Position numbers and translations under genes: made by a program
Shown: piece after piece, positions 58,513 to 64,000 of the stretch
Layout of the letters: every line of letters starts with the position of its first letter
How positions within the stretch are numbered: position 1 is the stretch's first letter
NCBI RefSeq assembly: GCF_009914755.1
Contig: NC_060930.1
Reading direction: 5' to 3' (one strand)
DNA from: the human T2T-CHM13v2.0 reference genome, Homo sapiens
Length of the DNA stretch: 64,000 nucleotides
Notes under the pieces: model-generated
What the model was told of the DNA's origin: nothing
The model's input: only the letters and a program-made list of their open reading frames with translations
The model's database searches: none

Positions 58513-58721
58513 GTGAAATCTAGGAAGGGGTATCTCACATCACTGAATCTGGGGCTGGGTTCTGGTGCAGATTCGTCTGGGGCTGCCAGGGGAAAGAGCA
58601 GAACTGTGCCCCTTGTCATGGGTGTGAAGCACGGTGGTGGCAAGGCTCACCTCCCCAGGGGCTCCCAGGTGGCTCTGCTCATGACAGCGTGAGTGTGGCT
58701 GATGCTCTCCCTCCTTCCTAG

Positions 58722-58829
<108 letters not shown>

Positions 58830-61807
58830 TGAGGGGCGTTCCTGTGCGTCTCTCCAGGCAGAATCAGCACGCTCGCCCAAGCACTGGGCTATAGATTAGA
58901 GACAGTGGAATACTCAGGTGGAAAAAGAGAAAGGGAAAAAGAATTGTAATATAGTTGTGAGTGGTCAAAGAGCTCTTTTTGTTTCTCCCTTGGGGATTGA
59001 ATAATAAGGAAAAGGCTTCATTTTAGTGAGGAGCATTTGTTACCTTTGGGAGATCACCAGTGGGATGAGAGAAATAGGATAAAGGGTTATCGGGGCTGCC
59101 TCCGTTCCACATGGTCTCATCTTCTGGGAATAGCCAAGTCTTGACTCGGCGTCAGAAGGTGGATGAGAGCTCCTGGAGCGTTCGAGGAGGAAGTTCCATT
59201 CCTCATATCTAAACACCCTAGAGACCCTACCTGAGCATCTCTGTGCATTTGTTACCTATTGACTAGAGAACGCACACCCACATGGACCCACGCACACACG
59301 CTTTGCACATTCCAGGGGTCTGCATGCTCCCCCAGCTGCTGTCACGAGCAGGAATCCCCTGCCCTGCTCCCTAGGAGGATGCTGGCTCACCTCCTCCGCA
59401 CAAGGGCTTTCCCCTCAGCATACAGTGAGGGCCCCCCAACTGCACTCTGGGCCTGGCCCCTTCAGCGGGAGCAGCTCCGCTACCCAGGCACACTTGTTTG
59501 CTCTTCTATGTGAGGTTTTATTGGAACAAAGAGTTTGTAGTAAGTCAGTGCCTGGCATATTGCAGACCCTAAATCAATATTTGCTGAAAGTTGAATGAGT
59601 AAACACTGTGCCCCAGAATCTGTCCAGGTTCAGTGTGTCCTGTCCTGCCTCAACCTTCACCCTCCCTGTCTCCGAGTTTGCCGCTGGGGTCCTGCACCCA
59701 GCCACATGCTGGGCCCGTGAACCTTTGCAAATAGCCCCATGTACCTGGTGGGTTTCCATGGATACTCAGTGTTGAACTCAGCATGGAGGCTGGGACTGGC
59801 CGCTGCAGTGGAAGTAACTGCCCGCTCTGCTACGCTGTTCAGCTCCCCTCCCCAGCTCCGAGACTCCCCACAAGGCAGTGTTCTTGACTCTTCTGTTCTG
59901 TTACCCCCACATCCAGTCCTCTGGCAAGTTCCATCAACTGGCTTGGAAATGCCTTCAGAACCTGCTGCCTCCCATCTTGGGCACCCTGGGTTCCCTTGCT
60001 GGGGTTGTAGTAGCCCTGTCCTTGGCACTAATTCTTTGTATAAATGTCAGCTGTCTCATGGACAGTTCTGCAGCATCTCTTACCTGCATTACTGTAGGCA
60101 CCTTCTGGGTGGCCTGCTGGCTTTACCCATGCCCCTCGGTGCTCCACAAAGCAGGCAAAGGCATCCCTTAGAGCTCAACAGACCTTGTCTCTCCCTGTTT
60201 ACCCTCTGCTGGCTTCCTAATCACTGAGAATAAAGCCAGATCCTTTTCTGTGGCCCACAAGGCCTCACGCCTTTGGCCCCTGAACGCCCTTTTCTACTGT
60301 CCTGCTGGTTGTCATGACTGAGACTCGAAAGGTCTGTCCACCATGTCCTGGCTGTGTGACCTTCCAAAGGGCCTTAATCTCTCCGTGACTCAATTTCCCC
60401 CTCAGTAATGGGAGAAGTGATAGTACCTATCTCACAGATGTGTTGGGAGGATTAAGGAGATTATATGTGTAAATGACATAGAAGAGGGTACAGCATCCAT
60501 GCAGGAAATGTTCAATGTCAATGTGGTTTTTTTTGTTATTTTAATACACACATGCAATTCATGAGCTCTGCCCACAGGTGGCAGCCCGGCACATTTGTTA
60601 ACTGGCTTGTTGACAGGAAAATCAAGGTTACACGTTCCTTTCTCTTAAACCAGTTTCTTTATCAGTAATATGACTGCTGTCTTTAACTGGCTAAATGGTA
60701 CAGAGGCACTCAGGCTAACCTCAACTCCTTGAGTTGCAGGCAAGCACCTTGTTTCTTGTTCTCTTGACCCTTTGTCCAATCAGGAATAATTTAGGACTAG
60801 AAACAAAAGCATCCCAATGCTTCTTTAGGCGAAATTTTATCAAAGAAGGATACATTCCTTAGCAACATGCATTTTCATCTCAGTTTTGGAGCTGATAGGC
60901 AATCTGCATGCTGGGATGAGACAGTAATTTCTTATTGACCCAAATCTGTTCTCACAATGTAAATATGACTGTAAAAGCTTTCTAGCTTCCAAATGATATT
61001 TTCCCCCCGAAGTGACACATGAGGCACCCTACATTTTGGCTCAGGTGAGAGTGATTTAGCTAGGCCTCGGGTCTGTGTGCCATATGCTGTAATGTTGCTA
61101 CATTTTCTCAAATATGGACGGAGGGGGTGTGCAGTGAATGGAAGAGCGTAGGTGAATCAATAGCGCCCACTAAGGACAGCACAGTAAAGGGCCGGGAATG
61201 CCATGGTGCGGTTGGAAAGACCTGGCCCATGCCTCTGTCTGTTGTGCCCTGAGTCTTCTGAGTGCCCTGAGTGCATACTGTGTGCTGGGAACTATAATTG
61301 GCACTTTTGTACGCTAATTCAGTGAGTACTCAAGACAAACAGATGTGGGAGGTACTATTACAATCCCATTTACAGACGAGGGAACTGAGGCCCAGAGAGG
61401 TTAGTTAACTTCCTCAAGGTGACACAGCTCATAAAGCAATCCGACACCTGGCCCCTTACTTCCTGGTCTCTCCTGCCCACCTCCTCGTAGGCCTGTTGGG
61501 GTGTCAGATGAGGTACGCACGTGCAGGGCTTGGTGCAGAACCAGACATTTAAATCTGCAGTGAACAGTAGCCATCCTCACGTGCAGTCTCCAGGAGACTT
61601 GGAGGCATATCCTACAAGTCAGACTCTCACATCTATCATGAAAAAAATGTATCATTGGGGCCCTTCTAGGACACTCTTTCTCATTTTTACTCCCCTCTTC
61701 TCATATTGCTCTAGGGCATTCTAAACCCAGTGATTCATGCTCTTTCTCCATCTGCGAGGGGCTTTTTTTTTTTTTTTTTTTCTTCAGTCTCTGACTCATG
61801 CCTTTGA

Positions 61808-62567
<760 letters not shown>

Positions 62568-62738
62568 TTAAAAATGTGTACACCCGGGCAGCATGATCCA
62601 CGTAAAGATGGGGAACCTTTCCAACTTCTCCAAAGCCTCCCTCAGGCTCCTTCACAACAACCCCTGCCACCCCTCCAAGGTCACCACTACTCTGCCCTTT
62701 GTCAGCACAGATTGTGCCTGTTCTTGAGCTTCATATAG

Positions 62739-63071
<333 letters not shown>

Positions 63072-64000
63072 TGAGACCCACCCATGTTGTCACATGAGAG
63101 TGTAGTTGGTACTTCAAACAAAATTATTGTGTAGGATTCCACTGTATGAATATGACACTCTGCATCCCTTCCACTGTTGATTGTCACTTGTGTTGCTTCC
63201 AATGTTTGCCACTTATTGGGACTAAAATCATCCTTGCACGTATCTTTGGGCAGGCACATGCTTTCATTTCCCTTGGGTACAGGTCTGTGAGTACACTTGC
63301 TGGGTCCCAGGGAGGCATATGTTTAGCTCTAGCAGACACTGCCAAACAGCTTTCCAAAGTGGTTAGACCATTTTATACTCCTCCCAGGAACACATGGGAG
63401 CTCCGATTACTCCAGATCCTCCCAACACTTGATCTGGCTCATCTTTTTAAGAGTGGCCATTTTGGTGGATGTATACTTTAGTCTGTAATTCTTACAATCA
63501 AAGATAAACCAAGCTACATTTAAACCTAAAGCAGATTAACTTCAGTCAGTTTTAATTTGAGTACGTAAATTGCCTTTCACATTCATTGCTCTTGGATATG
63601 TTGTAAAATAAATACAAGGGCAGATCTGCTCTTTTCTCAGTTTTTACTGCGTGTGCTCTGCACTTGCTGATTTAGTGAGTCATTTTGGCAGGCTTTCGTG
63701 CAGGGTATTGTAGAGACTGTTCTGTGAAATCTGTATGCCCAAGAACTAGGCTGTGTAGATCAGGCTGGAAAGAAAAAGGGTTGGGGAAAGAAAGCTCAGT
63801 TTTCTTTTCCCTTTTTTTCATGGAGAAAGAACAGAGAACACAGGAAAAGGGGCAGCATGGATCTGAAATAGATTTTGCTCACTTTCTTCCCAATCTCTCT
63901 GTTTCTGGAATCCTGGGTAAGATGTGATGGATGGGCATACTTTTAAAAAGTTCACAGCACTGAGTGCCAAGAAGGAGGGCCATCGAGGGCTAAGTCCATT

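Overview
Human (primate) genomic DNA matching the chr6q25.3 IGF2R-SLC22A1 locus; it is not microbial, so almost all entries in the ORF track are spurious. On the + strand the window holds the last 12 exons of IGF2R/CI-MPR (360-27183, exons ~37-48: domains 12-15, the FN-II insert, TM segment and sorting tail) and its 3' UTR. It also holds a sense-oriented CHP1 processed pseudogene in intron 44, a repeat-rich intergenic stretch (LTR12, MER52-type provirus remnant) and exons 1-7 of SLC22A1/OCT1 (ATG 44031). All exon phases were checked by hand and join in frame. The SLC22A1 haplotype reads F160, V408, intact M420 and a single GTAAGTTG at the exon 7 donor. Most notable observations: (1) a HERV-K LTR5 solo LTR inserted inside the IGF2R exon-40 splice acceptor, stranding the old branch point/pyrimidine tract 1 kb upstream and apparently supplying a replacement from its own end; (2) the HNF4A-type DR-2 elements upstream of OCT1 lie in endogenous-retrovirus internal sequence; (3) a 42-bp VNTR in SLC22A1 intron 4 is an array of consensus NF-kB sites overlapping RBPJ sites; (4) an 82-bp x23 VNTR next to an HNF1/ONECUT motif cluster; (5) several possible routes to a TM-less IGF2R; (6) an overlapping uORF on the OCT1 start codon; (7) a near-perfect 42-bp inverted duplication. 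Repeat subfamily names, exon numbers and rs IDs come from recall and need database confirmation.
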